64,000 nucleotides of DNA from an uncultured Clostridia bacterium (GCA_937900325.1 CALCEX010000118.1:15903-79902), one strand, 5' to 3'. Numbered from the stretch's first letter, positions 9,445 to 18,874 are shown. Program-made: numbers and translations. The notes: a model not told the origin generated them from the letters alone.

Positions 9445-9969
9445 TCAGATGCATTCCACTCCATAGAGCCTGAGCGCCAAGCGGCGGACCAGCCGCCTGC
9501 GGTTCCGGCGCACCGTTGCGGGATCGCAGCGCAGGCGCAGCGCCGCGTCGGCGTCCTTTACGTTGTCGAAGTACTTCAGCTCTATGGTCAGATAATAGGG
9601 GTCCTCCCCTATGGAGCGCAGGGCGTGCTGCATTTTGCGGACTTCTCGCTCGTCCGCCGCCAGCCGCGCCCTGAGTTCTGCCATCTGGGCGGAATGTACC
9701 TCCTCCGGCGTAAGGCGCATACCGGGGCGTATGAGGCGCACAAGGGACGCGGAGTGGCGCCTAAGCGCCTCCACGCCGCAGTTTTCCAGCTCCGTAAGCT
9801 CCTCGCGGTTGTCCTCTATGCGCTCGCGTATTATGGGCAGGGCGTACAGCCTGCGCTCCGTGGCCGCCATGGCCGCCTGGGCCGCGTTGCCGTCCCTATG
9901 GCCTCCGCCATAGTATATATCCAGCGCGGGTACGCTCAGCATGTGGTTTTCGGCTTCAGAATGATTCAT
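9445..9969 (-). CDS. phage late-regulator-like protein (RinA/ArpU/DUF1492-type) with a C-terminal sigma-70 region-4-like HTH
   Basis: The C-terminus YYLTIELKYFDNVKDADAALRLRCDPATVRRNRRRLVRRLALRLYG resembles region 4. It is adjacent to terL and the portal gene. AGGAGG lies 7 nt upstream of the ATG. Confidence 0.45.
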   Translation of the reverse strand: MNHSEAENHMLSVPALDIYYGGGHRDGNAAQAAMAATERRLYALPIIRERIEDNREELTELENCGVEALRRHSASLVRLIRPGMRLTPEEVHSAQMAELRARLAADEREVRKMQHALRSIGEDPYYLTIELKYFDNVKDADAALRLRCDPATVRRNRRRLVRRLALRLYGVECI

Positions 9970-9998
9970 CTTCTGATCCTCCTTTGAATAGTAATGGC

Positions 9999-10012
9999 AG
10001 AACGTTTGTTCG
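9999..10012. promoter_or_regulatory. LexA (Cheo/SOS) box candidate
   Basis: AGAACGTTTGTTCG matches the Firmicute CGAAC-N4-GTTCG consensus at 13 of 14 positions. It lies between the putative promoter and the RBS of the 9445-9969 gene. Confidence 0.5.
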
Positions 10013-10030
10013 ATTGTTTGCTGTAACCAG

Positions 10031-10060
10031 ATAATACAACCCCGGGGAGAGCAACGTCAA
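10031..10060 (-). promoter_or_regulatory. putative sigma-A promoter of the regulator gene
   Basis: On the minus strand: TTGACG (10060-10055), 18-nt spacer, TATTAT (10036-10031). Confidence 0.5.
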
Positions 10061-10207
10061 TAATAAAAAACAAACTTATACCGAAAAAGGTACTTTACTA
10101 CGCAAACCTGCACAATTCGCGCCTTAAAAACGCCTTTAAACTGTCGTTGAAAGGCAGGCTCCGCAGGTTTATACTGAATACGGTGAAAAAAAGGCTCCGC
10201 GCCGGAA

Positions 10208-10234
10208 GGACGAACGAAAGGTTCGCCCTTTTTT
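10208..10234 (+). terminator. terminator-like hairpin plus T6, 35 nt upstream of terL
   Basis: GGACGAAC..GTTCGCC imperfect stem followed by TTTTTT. No plus-strand gene lies upstream of it. Confidence 0.35.
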
Positions 10235-10268
10235 GTTGCGTGAAATTTTCAGAAAGGAGGAAAACAGT

Positions 10269-11612
10269 ATGATACTTGAGCTCAAGGGGATACCCAACCC
10301 GAAGCAGGCGGAATTTTTCCGCTCTATTGCGCGGCACACGGCCTACGGAGGGGCCAGGGGCGGCGGCAAGAGCTGGGCCATGCGCAGGAAGCTGGTGCTG
10401 CTGGCGCTGAATTATCCCGGCCTTAACGCCCTCATAATGCGGCGGACGCTGCCGGAGCTGAGGGAAAACCATGTCATACCGCTGCTCAAGGAGCTTAAAG
10501 GGGCCGCAAAATACAACGCGGCGGAGCGAGTATTCAGGTTTCCCAACGGCAGCAGGCTGCGGCTTGGCTATTGCGACAGCGCCGGCGACGTCTATCAGTA
10601 CCAGGGGCAGGAATACGATGTGATAGGCCTTGAGGAGGCGACCCACTTTACCGAGGAGCAGATGCAGTTTCTCACCACCTGCAACAGGACGGTGCGGCGG
10701 GACTTTTCCCCGCGGATGTACTATACCTGCAACCCCGGCGGCGTAGGCCACGGCTGGGTAAAGCGGCTGTTTATAGACAGGGCGTACAGGCGGGGGGAGC
10801 GGGCGGCGGACTATGCCTTCATACCCGCGAGGATATACGACAACCCCGCGCTCGTCACCGCCGACCCGGAATACCTGAGGCAGCTTGAAAACCTGCCGGA
10901 CGAGCTGCGCCGGGCCTACCTGGACGGGGACTGGGACGTGCTGGCGGGGCAGTTCTTCAGGGAATTCTCCCGGGCGAGGCACGTTATCGAGCCCTTTGAG
11001 CTGCCGGGCTGGTGGCGAAGGTTCCGCTCCATAGACTGGGGCTACAACGATCCCTGCGCCGTGCTCTGGCACGCGGTGGACGGGGAGGGCAGGGTGTATA
11101 CCTACCGCGAGCTGTATCTGCGCTATACCCGGGCCGATGAGGTCGCGGAGCGTATAGTGAAGGAATCGGAGGGGGAGGACATAGCCTATACCGTGGCGTC
11201 GCCGGATATGTGGCAGAAGCGCGGCGCGGTGCTCAAGGCCAACGGCGGCTTTGAGGGGGAAAGCATAGCGGAGCTTTTTTCGCTTTCCGGGGTACCCCTT
11301 ACCCCCGCGGACAATTCCCGCGTTGCGGGCTGGCAGCGGGTGCGAAGCTACCTTGCGGACGCGGAGGACGGCGAGCCGCGCCTCAGGATATTCTCCTGCT
11401 GCAAAAGCCTTATACGCACGCTGCCGGGGCTGATATTCGATGAACGGGACCGGGAGGACGCGGCCCAGGGGGAGGATCACGCCCCGGAATCCCTCCGCTA
11501 TGCGCTCATGTCCCGCCCCGCCGCGGCGGCGGAGCCCAGGAGAAGGAGCAGCCCCGCCTACGACCCCTTCAGCGAGGAGAGGGAGGCCGGGCCGGGCTTT
11601 CTTGCAAAGTAA
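10269..11612 (+). CDS. terL: phage terminase large subunit
   Basis: Walker A YGGARGGGKS, Walker B-like VIGLEEATHF, and C-terminal nuclease-domain motifs (SIDWGYNDP, DGEPRLRIF). ATG 10269 is preceded by AAGGAGG. Confidence 0.9.
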   Translation: MILELKGIPNPKQAEFFRSIARHTAYGGARGGGKSWAMRRKLVLLALNYPGLNALIMRRTLPELRENHVIPLLKELKGAAKYNAAERVFRFPNGSRLRLGYCDSAGDVYQYQGQEYDVIGLEEATHFTEEQMQFLTTCNRTVRRDFSPRMYYTCNPGGVGHGWVKRLFIDRAYRRGERAADYAFIPARIYDNPALVTADPEYLRQLENLPDELRRAYLDGDWDVLAGQFFREFSRARHVIEPFELPGWWRRFRSIDWGYNDPCAVLWHAVDGEGRVYTYRELYLRYTRADEVAERIVKESEGEDIAYTVASPDMWQKRGAVLKANGGFEGESIAELFSLSGVPLTPADNSRVAGWQRVRSYLADAEDGEPRLRIFSCCKSLIRTLPGLIFDERDREDAAQGEDHAPESLRYALMSRPAAAAEPRRRSSPAYDPFSEEREAGPGFLAK

Positions 11613-11638
11613 GGAACGAACAAAAAAGGAGATATCAT

Positions 11639-13291
11639 ATGCAGACCATACAGGAAAATATCAACGTTCAGGCCATATACGGCCTGTTTGAGGAATACAG
11701 GAACGCCTACGGCAGGGAGTGGGAGCGCCTGGAGAGGTGCGAGAGGATGTACCGGGGCGATCACTGGCACGACGTGCCGGAGGCGGACCCAAATGAGCCC
11801 CGGCCCGTCACGCCAATAATCCAATCCACCATAGAAAACATCAGGGCGGATCTTATGGATCAGTGCCCGGAGGCCATAATCACCGCGGACAGCCCGGAAT
11901 ACGGCGAGATAGCGGAGCTGCTTACCGGCGCGATAAGGGAAAACCATATCCGCGCCGGATACGCGGGAGAGTACGCCAAGCTCGCCCACGACCTGCTGGT
12001 GGGCGGGTATATGGTACAGGAGGCGGGCTTTGACAAGAGGCTCAACTGCGGCATGGGCGGCGCGTTCATCCGCGAGGTAGACCCCAGGAGCATAATGTTC
12101 GACCCCTTATGCCCCGATATAGGGGACGGCAGGGCGGTGTTCAAGTTCGCCCCCTATCCCCGCGCCTGGTTCCGGCAGCATTATCCCGATAAGGAGCGGG
12201 AAATGGAGGCGGACGGGCTGCTGCTCAAGCCCGTTCGGGACAGCCTGCTCACGGTATCCGACGACGACAGCATAATGCTTATCGAATGCTGGCTCCGGGA
12301 ATACGACCCGGATACCGACAGGTACTCCGTCAGGATGCTCAAGCTTGCCGGCGGCGTGCTGCTGGAGGACAGCGCAATTCAGCGCCCGGAGGGCTATTAT
12401 GCCCATGGGGAATATCCCTTCGTGGTGACCGCACTGTATCCCAGAAGGGGAAGCTGCCTTGGCCTTGGCCTTGTGGATATGTTTGAGAACCAGCAGCTTT
12501 ATTCGGATAAGCTGGATCAGATAGTGCTGAAAAACGCGCTGATGGCAAGCCATAACAAGCTGCTGGTCACCGGCGCCTCGGGCTTTGATATAGACGACCT
12601 GAGGGACTGGTCAAAGGAGGTGCATCGCGGCGAGAACCTCAACGGCGTAACATGGTTCTCTACCGCCCCGCTGCCCGGCTACATACTGGATTATATCCGC
12701 TCCATGCGAAACGGCATAAAGGAGGAATCCGGCGCAAACGACTTCTCGCGGGGAATGGCCGCGGGGGGCGTTACCGCGGCCTCCGCGATAGCCGCGCTGC
12801 AGGAGATGAGCAGCAAGCGGAGCCGCATGGCGGTAAGGGCCATACACGACGCCTTTGAGCAGGCGGTGAGATTGGAGATAGAGGTGGAGAGGGAGTACTG
12901 CATATTCCCGAGAAAGGTACGCCTGAAGAACCGCACGGATACCCTGATCGCCAATAAGCTAATGAAAAAGACCGCCCTCGGCAACGATATACCCCTGGAA
13001 TTTACCGTATCCGTAAAGGTGCAGCGGGAGAACCGCTTCTCCGTCGCCGCCCATAACGAGCTCATGCTCAGTATGCTCAAGTGCGGCATGATAACCGCCG
13101 ACGTGGCCCTCGAAATGATGGTATTTGACGGAAAGGAGCAGGTCCAGGAGCTTATGGCGAAAAAGCTGAAGGAAGCGGAAAGCAAGGCCGAAGGCGAGAG
13201 GCAAAAGGAGGGAGAGCAGGATGATCCCCGGGAGGAAGGCGGCCCGATAGAGAAGGAGCTTGCGGCTAAGAACGGGCAGAGCGCGGCATAA
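11639..13291 (+). CDS. phage portal protein
   Basis: 550 aa, immediately downstream of terL. N-terminus ...YRGDHW...PRPVTPIIQSTIENIRADLMD and an acidic C-terminal tail, both typical of portals. Confidence 0.8.
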   Translation: MQTIQENINVQAIYGLFEEYRNAYGREWERLERCERMYRGDHWHDVPEADPNEPRPVTPIIQSTIENIRADLMDQCPEAIITADSPEYGEIAELLTGAIRENHIRAGYAGEYAKLAHDLLVGGYMVQEAGFDKRLNCGMGGAFIREVDPRSIMFDPLCPDIGDGRAVFKFAPYPRAWFRQHYPDKEREMEADGLLLKPVRDSLLTVSDDDSIMLIECWLREYDPDTDRYSVRMLKLAGGVLLEDSAIQRPEGYYAHGEYPFVVTALYPRRGSCLGLGLVDMFENQQLYSDKLDQIVLKNALMASHNKLLVTGASGFDIDDLRDWSKEVHRGENLNGVTWFSTAPLPGYILDYIRSMRNGIKEESGANDFSRGMAAGGVTAASAIAALQEMSSKRSRMAVRAIHDAFEQAVRLEIEVEREYCIFPRKVRLKNRTDTLIANKLMKKTALGNDIPLEFTVSVKVQRENRFSVAAHNELMLSMLKCGMITADVALEMMVFDGKEQVQELMAKKLKEAESKAEGERQKEGEQDDPREEGGPIEKELAAKNGQSAA

Positions 13292-13339
13292 TAGGAAAAA
13301 ACACAAAGGGAGGATAGGACATTGAAGAAGGGAAAGGAC

Positions 13340-13471
13340 ATGGAGGATATTACCAATACCCTGAGGGGAGAGGGCAGGCGCGGGATACCGTCAGACGTTA
13401 TGGGCAGCTACACCGGCATATATGACGACGAGGAGGATATGCAGCCGGTGCAGGACGCGGACGACCTTTAA
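13340..13471 (+). CDS. 43-aa acidic hypothetical protein (below the ORF-track cutoff)
   Basis: ATG 13340 with GGGAAAGGA upstream. MEDITNTLRGEGRRGIPSDVMGSYTGIYDDEEDMQPVQDADDL, ending just before the terminator. Confidence 0.35.
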   Translation: MEDITNTLRGEGRRGIPSDVMGSYTGIYDDEEDMQPVQDADDL

Positions 13472-13473
13472 AG

Positions 13474-13504
13474 AAAAAAAGAAGCGGCCGAAAGCCGCTT
13501 CTTT
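13474..13504. terminator. bidirectional terminator (strong on the minus strand)
   Basis: AGAAGCGGC-cgaaa-GCCGCTTCT with an A7 run upstream, which reads as T7 on the minus strand. Confidence 0.85.
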
Positions 13505-13513
13505 GGAGCTGCG

Positions 13514-14737
13514 CTACATTATTTCAAAGGAGTTAAGGCAGTATCCATCGCCGAGCTTTATAAACTCTGCCGAGGCTGCTGCTGCTGCGGCGGCGTCCGC
13601 CGCGCCGGGGGCGCCGCTCATGAGCACGCCGGTTACGGTGAGGCCGCCATCGTCAGTCAGCATTGCGTCCTCGCTCTGGAAGCCATAGAAGGGAGTGACC
13701 CGGGTGAGCTTTACGGAGCCATCCCCGGTAAATTCCACGCCGGGGCCGCTTTCCGGCGGCATAGCGGAGGAGAGGGGGAATTTATACGCGGAGCGGTATT
13801 CCTCCTCTGTGACGGTGCGGTGATCCCGGCCCTGAAGCCAGTACTCCCTGCAATAGGCCACGCCCTGGTCTCCTGTGGGTATGGAGCTTAGGCTGGTGAA
13901 GTCGGGGCCGCAGGCCGCCGCCGCGGCGTTGAGCATGGGCAATATACTGGCATACTCATCTGCGGTTATCACATCGCCCACGAAGTCAGGGTAAAGGGCG
14001 CTCTGGCCAAAGCTGAATTCCTGCTCGCCCATGGATTCATCCGCGACCGTTCCCGCGGGAAGGTATACGGTATAGCCCTCGTCCCCAACGGAAAAGCCGT
14101 TGTAAAGATCCAGCCGTTCCGCTATGTCCTCCTGAGTGAGGTCGCTGTAATAGCTGCCGTCGTCGGCTATTATGTTCCATATCTGCTGCGCTACGGTATC
14201 CTCCGGGTAATAGAGGCCGGATACGGAGGCGAGGCTCTGCTCATTGCCGTCGGAGTCCAGCACGATAAGATAGCGGCCGCGCTCCGGCTCGCCGTCCTCA
14301 AGGAAGGATATGGTCTCGGTAAACATTATGTTTGTGTATTCCCCCTGCAAGGGTTCAGCCCTGAATACAGAAAACTCGACCCTGGTATTGGGTATGAAGC
14401 TGCCCTCGCGCTCAGAGAGTGGAAGCTGCTCGGCGGTTATCCTCGTGTTCAGCTCGTCCTCATATTCGGCTACGGCCTCATTCATGGCGGCGTTTTGAAA
14501 CACCGGGAGCCGCAGCTCCAGCATGAACCTTGCCGTATCCTCATCTGAGCCCTCAGGATAGTATACGGTTTTTGTCTCTGATGTATAGCCGTCTTTGGAG
14601 GGGGCGGCGGTCGCCTCCGGCGCGGGGAGGGGCGTGACGGCAGCGTCTGTTACAGGCTGCTCCGCCGGCCTTGCGCAGGCGCAAAGAAGCAGCGCCGCGA
14701 GAAAGGGGGATATTATCGCGAAAAGGGCTTTACGCAT
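13514..14737 (-). CDS. lipoprotein, DUF4163/DUF3298-like
   Basis: MRKALFAIISPFLAALLLCAC signal peptide with lipobox, and GAGGAGA upstream of ATG 14737. The GFSVGDEGYTVYLPAGTVADESMGEQEFSF segment resembles DUF3298. The track start at 14803 is upstream of the RBS. Confidence 0.6.
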   Translation of the reverse strand: MRKALFAIISPFLAALLLCACARPAEQPVTDAAVTPLPAPEATAAPSKDGYTSETKTVYYPEGSDEDTARFMLELRLPVFQNAAMNEAVAEYEDELNTRITAEQLPLSEREGSFIPNTRVEFSVFRAEPLQGEYTNIMFTETISFLEDGEPERGRYLIVLDSDGNEQSLASVSGLYYPEDTVAQQIWNIIADDGSYYSDLTQEDIAERLDLYNGFSVGDEGYTVYLPAGTVADESMGEQEFSFGQSALYPDFVGDVITADEYASILPMLNAAAAACGPDFTSLSSIPTGDQGVAYCREYWLQGRDHRTVTEEEYRSAYKFPLSSAMPPESGPGVEFTGDGSVKLTRVTPFYGFQSEDAMLTDDGGLTVTGVLMSGAPGAADAAAAAAASAEFIKLGDGYCLNSFEIM

Positions 14738-14846
14738 ATGCACGTCTCCTCGGTGATCCTGATTTTCAGCTTCAGGATAACACAAAAGCGGAGCGCGCTT
14801 CAACGCATACCAAAAAAATTAACAAATATCACGGAAAGGAGCCAAT

Positions 14847-15047
14847 ATGGGAGAGGATAAAAAGCAGGACGTCCTGCAGAAGGACAGGAGCGAGGCGCTG
14901 GATTGCCTGAGGGACATATGCGCCAACGGGGGAAAGGACTCGGACCGAATATCCGCCGCCAAGCTGCTGCTGGAATACGGCGAAGGCGAAAGCGACAGCA
15001 CGCTCACCGTCATAATGGAGGGCGCGGCCGGGGAGTATGGAAAATAA
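14847..15047 (+). CDS. 66-aa protein resembling the C-terminal part of a phage small terminase subunit
   Basis: AAGGAG RBS. KDSDRISAAKLLLEYGEGE resembles the conserved xDRxKAxELLxKxxG tail of TerS proteins. This is a weak, motif-level call. Confidence 0.35.
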   Translation: MGEDKKQDVLQKDRSEALDCLRDICANGGKDSDRISAAKLLLEYGEGESDSTLTVIMEGAAGEYGK

Positions 15048-15075
15048 AAAAGGGGGGGTGACCCCCCTTTTTTTA
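15045..15075. terminator. bidirectional intrinsic terminator
   Basis: A6-GGGGGGG-tga-CCCCCC-T8. Confidence 0.85.
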
Positions 15076-15094
15076 TTTGTCCGTATTTTTGGCT

Positions 15095-16720
15095 TCAGCT
15101 CAGGCTGTCGCGGTTCCGTTGCTCCCGGCGCGCCTGCCGCTCCCTGGCGGCCCGGCGGCGGGCTGCCTCCCGGCGCTGCTTCCTTTCGAGGGCGGTCAGC
15201 ACCGCCATGGCGATAACGGATATGACCGTCAGCACCGCAAGCACTATGAGCGCTATGGTGAGGGCCCTGCTTATGGAATTGCCTACGGCTGCCCCGAGGG
15301 TGCTTATGGCGGACTGCTGGGCGTCGTCGGTCTCCTGAACGTTGCGCACGCCCAGCACCTCTGCTTTTATGTGGGCGGTATAGGTGTATGGATTGCCCGC
15401 AGGGTCGTTAAGCTGCACCACGAAGGTGAGATCCCGGGGCTCTCCCACGTATACTGTCTTGGTGGTCTCGAAGTTTCCGGCAGGCACCGTGTCGGTACGG
15501 TATATTTCGGTGAGCTTGGTCTGCTCCGCGCCGTTTTCATCGGTATAGGCGTCCTCCATGGATATGACGAGGTCTGTCATGGTCATGGAGCCGGTATTGT
15601 TAATATCGAAGCGCACGCCTATGGAGCCGGCGGAGTTCAGCGTCTCCGTCACGGCGGCGGTGAACTGTATGCCCAGGAGGTCTGGATCGATGTACTTTCG
15701 CACGACGTAGCTCTTGGTCTTGTCCTCGTATTTGTCGCCCGAGGTGGTGACGCCGGTTATGCTGAAGGTGACATAGCGCTCTTCCTCGGTAACTACGTTA
15801 TAGGTGAGCTGGCGGTTCTCACCTATGGCGAGGGCGAAGGCCTCCGGATTGACGCGGTTGCCCAGATCGTCGGTTATCTTTATGTCGTTTATTTTCTGGT
15901 TGCCGTTGTTGGTAAGGTTCAGGGTAAAGGTAACGCCGGCGGCTGTAGCCTCGCCCTGTATCACCTCTACGGATATTCTGGAATTTACCATGCCAAGGGT
16001 CAATGCCGCGGCTGAGGCGGTGCCCTCTTCGTTGGTGAGCGTATCCTTGTATGTCACTGTGGGCTCTGAGGTCACGGTGCTTTTGCCCATCTTGTATACA
16101 TACTGCACCTCGGAGGAGGCGCCGGCCTCTATGGTCTGCTTTTCCTTGAGCATGGAGTCCTTGCCGCCTATCTCCCTATCCACCAGGGAGGTGAGCGTGA
16201 TGGGCGCGTCGCCGGTATTGGATATCCGGTAGGTGAGGGTTATCTCCTCCCCCGGGGAGGCCTGCTTGGAGCTGGCGGAACGGGTGAGGGTGACGGAAGA
16301 GGCCTTGGCGGCAAGCACCTTTACCGATACGTCCTTGCTGCGCGCCCTGGTCCCCTCGGTATAGTTTACCGTGAAGGAAAGGGAGGTATTGAGCATCTCC
16401 TCAGAGAAATAGCAGCTTGCGGAGAAGGACTTGCTTTCGCCGGGGGCTATGGAGCTGCCCTCGGTGTCAAAGTATATGTCGGGCATGGAGGAAAGTATGG
16501 AAATATCGGTGATCTCCGTGCCGGAGCCGTCCTCCGCCGGCTCGTTGGTGTTTTTCAGGGTAATGGTTATCGTGCCGTCGCCTGCGGATATCATGGTGGC
16601 GGGCAGCACGGAGGCGGAGACCTCCGCCGCATATGCCGGGCTGAATATAATAAGCGGCATAAGGAATAACACCGCCGTAAGCAGCCTTTGAAGTTTCAGA
16701 CAGCGCATTTCAAGCTTCAT
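15095..16720 (-). CDS. surface protein with repeated Ig-like (DUF11/CARDB-like) domains, a C-terminal TM anchor and a basic tail
   Basis: Signal peptide LLTAVLFLMPLIIFSPAYA, and repeated ...ITLTYRISNTGD / VTFTLNLTNNGN / IGVRFDINNTGS modules. The C-terminal TM helix is followed by ERKQRREAARRRAARERQARREQRNR. The start (16720 or 16708) is uncertain. Confidence 0.6.
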   Translation of the reverse strand: MKLEMRCLKLQRLLTAVLFLMPLIIFSPAYAAEVSASVLPATMISAGDGTITITLKNTNEPAEDGSGTEITDISILSSMPDIYFDTEGSSIAPGESKSFSASCYFSEEMLNTSLSFTVNYTEGTRARSKDVSVKVLAAKASSVTLTRSASSKQASPGEEITLTYRISNTGDAPITLTSLVDREIGGKDSMLKEKQTIEAGASSEVQYVYKMGKSTVTSEPTVTYKDTLTNEEGTASAAALTLGMVNSRISVEVIQGEATAAGVTFTLNLTNNGNQKINDIKITDDLGNRVNPEAFALAIGENRQLTYNVVTEEERYVTFSITGVTTSGDKYEDKTKSYVVRKYIDPDLLGIQFTAAVTETLNSAGSIGVRFDINNTGSMTMTDLVISMEDAYTDENGAEQTKLTEIYRTDTVPAGNFETTKTVYVGEPRDLTFVVQLNDPAGNPYTYTAHIKAEVLGVRNVQETDDAQQSAISTLGAAVGNSISRALTIALIVLAVLTVISVIAMAVLTALERKQRREAARRRAARERQARREQRNRDSLS

Positions 16721-16829
16721 ATCCCGTAAACAACTCCCGTGTAAAAATTCATAACAAAAGAGTGGGTATACACACTCACTCTGATTATATAATACGATCC
16801 CCGTATATTCCAGCATTACCGACGAAAAT

Positions 16830-17456
16830 TCATATTTCTTCTTTTTTTATACAGCCCGGGCCGGTAATGACCGGGATGCAGCGGCCGTCCGACCTTTCGG
16901 TCAGCTCCTTCATAAACCTGTCCAGCTCCGCGTCCTCCACCGCGGCGGTGACGACCACATTCTGAGCGAAGGCGACGTTATGAACCTCAGCATTGGCCCG
17001 TATGAAGCCCTCAAGAGCGCCGTAGCGGGAATAATCCATGGGTATATCCACCATGACGCCGGGAAGATACCTTACTACGCCGGCCTTTGCCACGGCGTCC
17101 GCGGCAGACCGGGAATACGCCCTGACCAGCCCTCCTGCGCCCAGCAGTATGCCGCCGAAATAGCGGGTGACTACGCAGAGCACGTCCGTCAGCTCCCGGC
17201 CGGTCAGAACGTCCATTATGGGCTTGCCCGCGGTGCCGCCCGGCTCGCCGTCGTCCGAGAACCTTGCGGCAAGGTTCTCGCCTATGCGGTAGGCGAAGCA
17301 GTTATGGGTGGCGTCCCAGTGCTTTTTTCTTATATCGCCCAGCAGACAAAGCGCTGCCTCCTCGCTTTCCACGGGGAAGCAGCGGCCTATGAACCGCGAG
17401 CGGTTCACGGTATATTCGGCCTCGGAGGCCTGCTTTACGCTCTTATAGGGCTTCAT
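16830..17456 (-). CDS. yigZ: YigZ/IMPACT family protein
   Basis: YTVNRSRFIGRCFPVESEEAA...KKHWDATHNCFAYRIG...DDGEPGGTAGKPI is the UPF0029 signature. Confidence 0.85.
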   Translation of the reverse strand: MKPYKSVKQASEAEYTVNRSRFIGRCFPVESEEAALCLLGDIRKKHWDATHNCFAYRIGENLAARFSDDGEPGGTAGKPIMDVLTGRELTDVLCVVTRYFGGILLGAGGLVRAYSRSAADAVAKAGVVRYLPGVMVDIPMDYSRYGALEGFIRANAEVHNVAFAQNVVVTAAVEDAELDRFMKELTERSDGRCIPVITGPGCIKKEEI

Positions 17457-17465
17457 CGGTCAAGC

Positions 17466-18692
17466 CTACGCCCTGACTACCCGGACAAAGCCCTTTTTGC
17501 CCTTCTTTATGACTACGCCCTCGGAGAGCGCGTCCTCATCTATCGTGGCGTAAACGTCCGTCACCTTTTCATCGGCGACCAGCACCGAGCCCGCCTCAAT
17601 AAGGCGGCGCGCGTCGGACTTGCTCTTGGAAAGCTTGCCCATCACCAGCAGGTCGGTCACCCTGAGGCCGGTGGCTTCCATATCCGCGGGGGTAAGGGCG
17701 ATGGTGGGTATGTTGGAAAGGTCGCCGCCGCCGCCGAAAAGCGCTTCCGCCGCCTGCCTGGCCTTGCCGGCCTCCTCCTCGCCGTGTACCTGGGCGGTAA
17801 GGGTATATGCCAGGACCTTCTTGGCGTTGTTGAGGGCGGCGCCGCCCTCGGCGCAGAGGGCGCGTATTTCATCCATGGGTATGAAGGTGAGCAGGCGCAG
17901 GCACTTTTCCACGTCCGCGTCGTCTATATTGCGCCAGTACTGATAGAAATCGTATACGCTGGTCTTGTTGGGATCGAGCCACAGCGCGCCCTTTTCGGTC
18001 TTGCCCATCTTCTTTCCCTCGCTGGTGGTGAGAAGGGAGGTGGTAAGGCAGTATGCGGGCTTCTGCTCCTTCTTGCGGATGAGCTCGACGCCGCCCAGCA
18101 TATTGCTCCACTGATCGTCGCCGCCCATCTGGAGTATGCAGCCATACTTGCGGTTGAGCTCGAGGAAGTCGTAGCCCTGAAGCAGCATATAGCCCATCTC
18201 AAAGAAGGTGAGGCCCTTTTCCATGCGCTGCTTGTAGCACTCGAAGGTGAGCATGCGGTTTACGGAATACTGGGTGCCTATGTCCCGCATGAAATCGAGG
18301 AAATTGAGACCGCGGAGCCAGTCGGCATTGTTGGCGATTATGGCCTTGCCCTCGGAGAAGTCTATAAGGCGCGCCATCTGCCTCTGGAAGCAGGCGGCGT
18401 TGTGGTCTATCTCCTCAGTTGTCATCATGCGGCGCATATCGCTCTTGCCGGAGGGGTCGCCAATGCAGGCGGTGCCTCCGCCCAGAAGGACTATGGGAAG
18501 ATGGCCCGCCCGCTGCATATGGGCCATCGTCATCAGCGCTACATAATGGCCGATGTGCAAACTGTCGGCGGTGGGATCATAGCCGATATAAAACGCCACA
18601 TTTTCACTGCCCAGCAGCTCGCGGAGCTCTTCGGGGTGGGAACACTGCTTGAGAAAACCGCGTTCAGCCAGTATATCGTATACGTTTGTCAT
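17466..18692 (-). CDS. tyrS: tyrosine--tRNA ligase
   Basis: HIGH-type motif ([10 protein letters not shown]), KMGKT (KMSKS-type), and a C-terminal S4 domain. ATG 18692 is preceded by AAAGGAG; the track ORF extends spuriously upstream. Confidence 0.95.
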   Translation of the reverse strand: MTNVYDILAERGFLKQCSHPEELRELLGSENVAFYIGYDPTADSLHIGHYVALMTMAHMQRAGHLPIVLLGGGTACIGDPSGKSDMRRMMTTEEIDHNAACFQRQMARLIDFSEGKAIIANNADWLRGLNFLDFMRDIGTQYSVNRMLTFECYKQRMEKGLTFFEMGYMLLQGYDFLELNRKYGCILQMGGDDQWSNMLGGVELIRKKEQKPAYCLTTSLLTTSEGKKMGKTEKGALWLDPNKTSVYDFYQYWRNIDDADVEKCLRLLTFIPMDEIRALCAEGGAALNNAKKVLAYTLTAQVHGEEEAGKARQAAEALFGGGGDLSNIPTIALTPADMEATGLRVTDLLVMGKLSKSKSDARRLIEAGSVLVADEKVTDVYATIDEDALSEGVVIKKGKKGFVRVVRA

Positions 18693-18735
18693 CGGGACAT
18701 ACTCCTTTTCGCTATATATTATTGCAGATACCGAA

Positions 18736-18764
18736 ATTCTACCATACAACCCCCTTTTATTCAA
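18736..18764 (-). promoter_or_regulatory. sigma-A promoter of tyrS
   Basis: On the minus strand: TTGAAT (18764-18759), 17-nt spacer, TGgTAGAAT (extended -10, 18741-18736). It lies only about 45 nt upstream of the ATG. Confidence 0.7.
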
Positions 18765-18874
18765 GGGAAGGCGGGGCAAAACATAACTTGTTTTGTTGCG
18801 ACAATCTGCGCGCCCCAAAACCGACAGCATGGCGCGCGGCCCGGCGGTTATCATATGCCTGAAGCGACATATCC

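Noticed and set aside
18693-18874. Expected a tyrosine T-box leader upstream of tyrS
   Set aside because: A good promoter (TTGAAT-17-TGgTAGAAT) sits only about 45 nt from the ATG. The upstream 180 bp lacks the T-box sequence (AGGGTGGNACCGCG), a specifier-loop architecture and a terminator/antiterminator pair. The region is shared with the divergent spoIIE gene.
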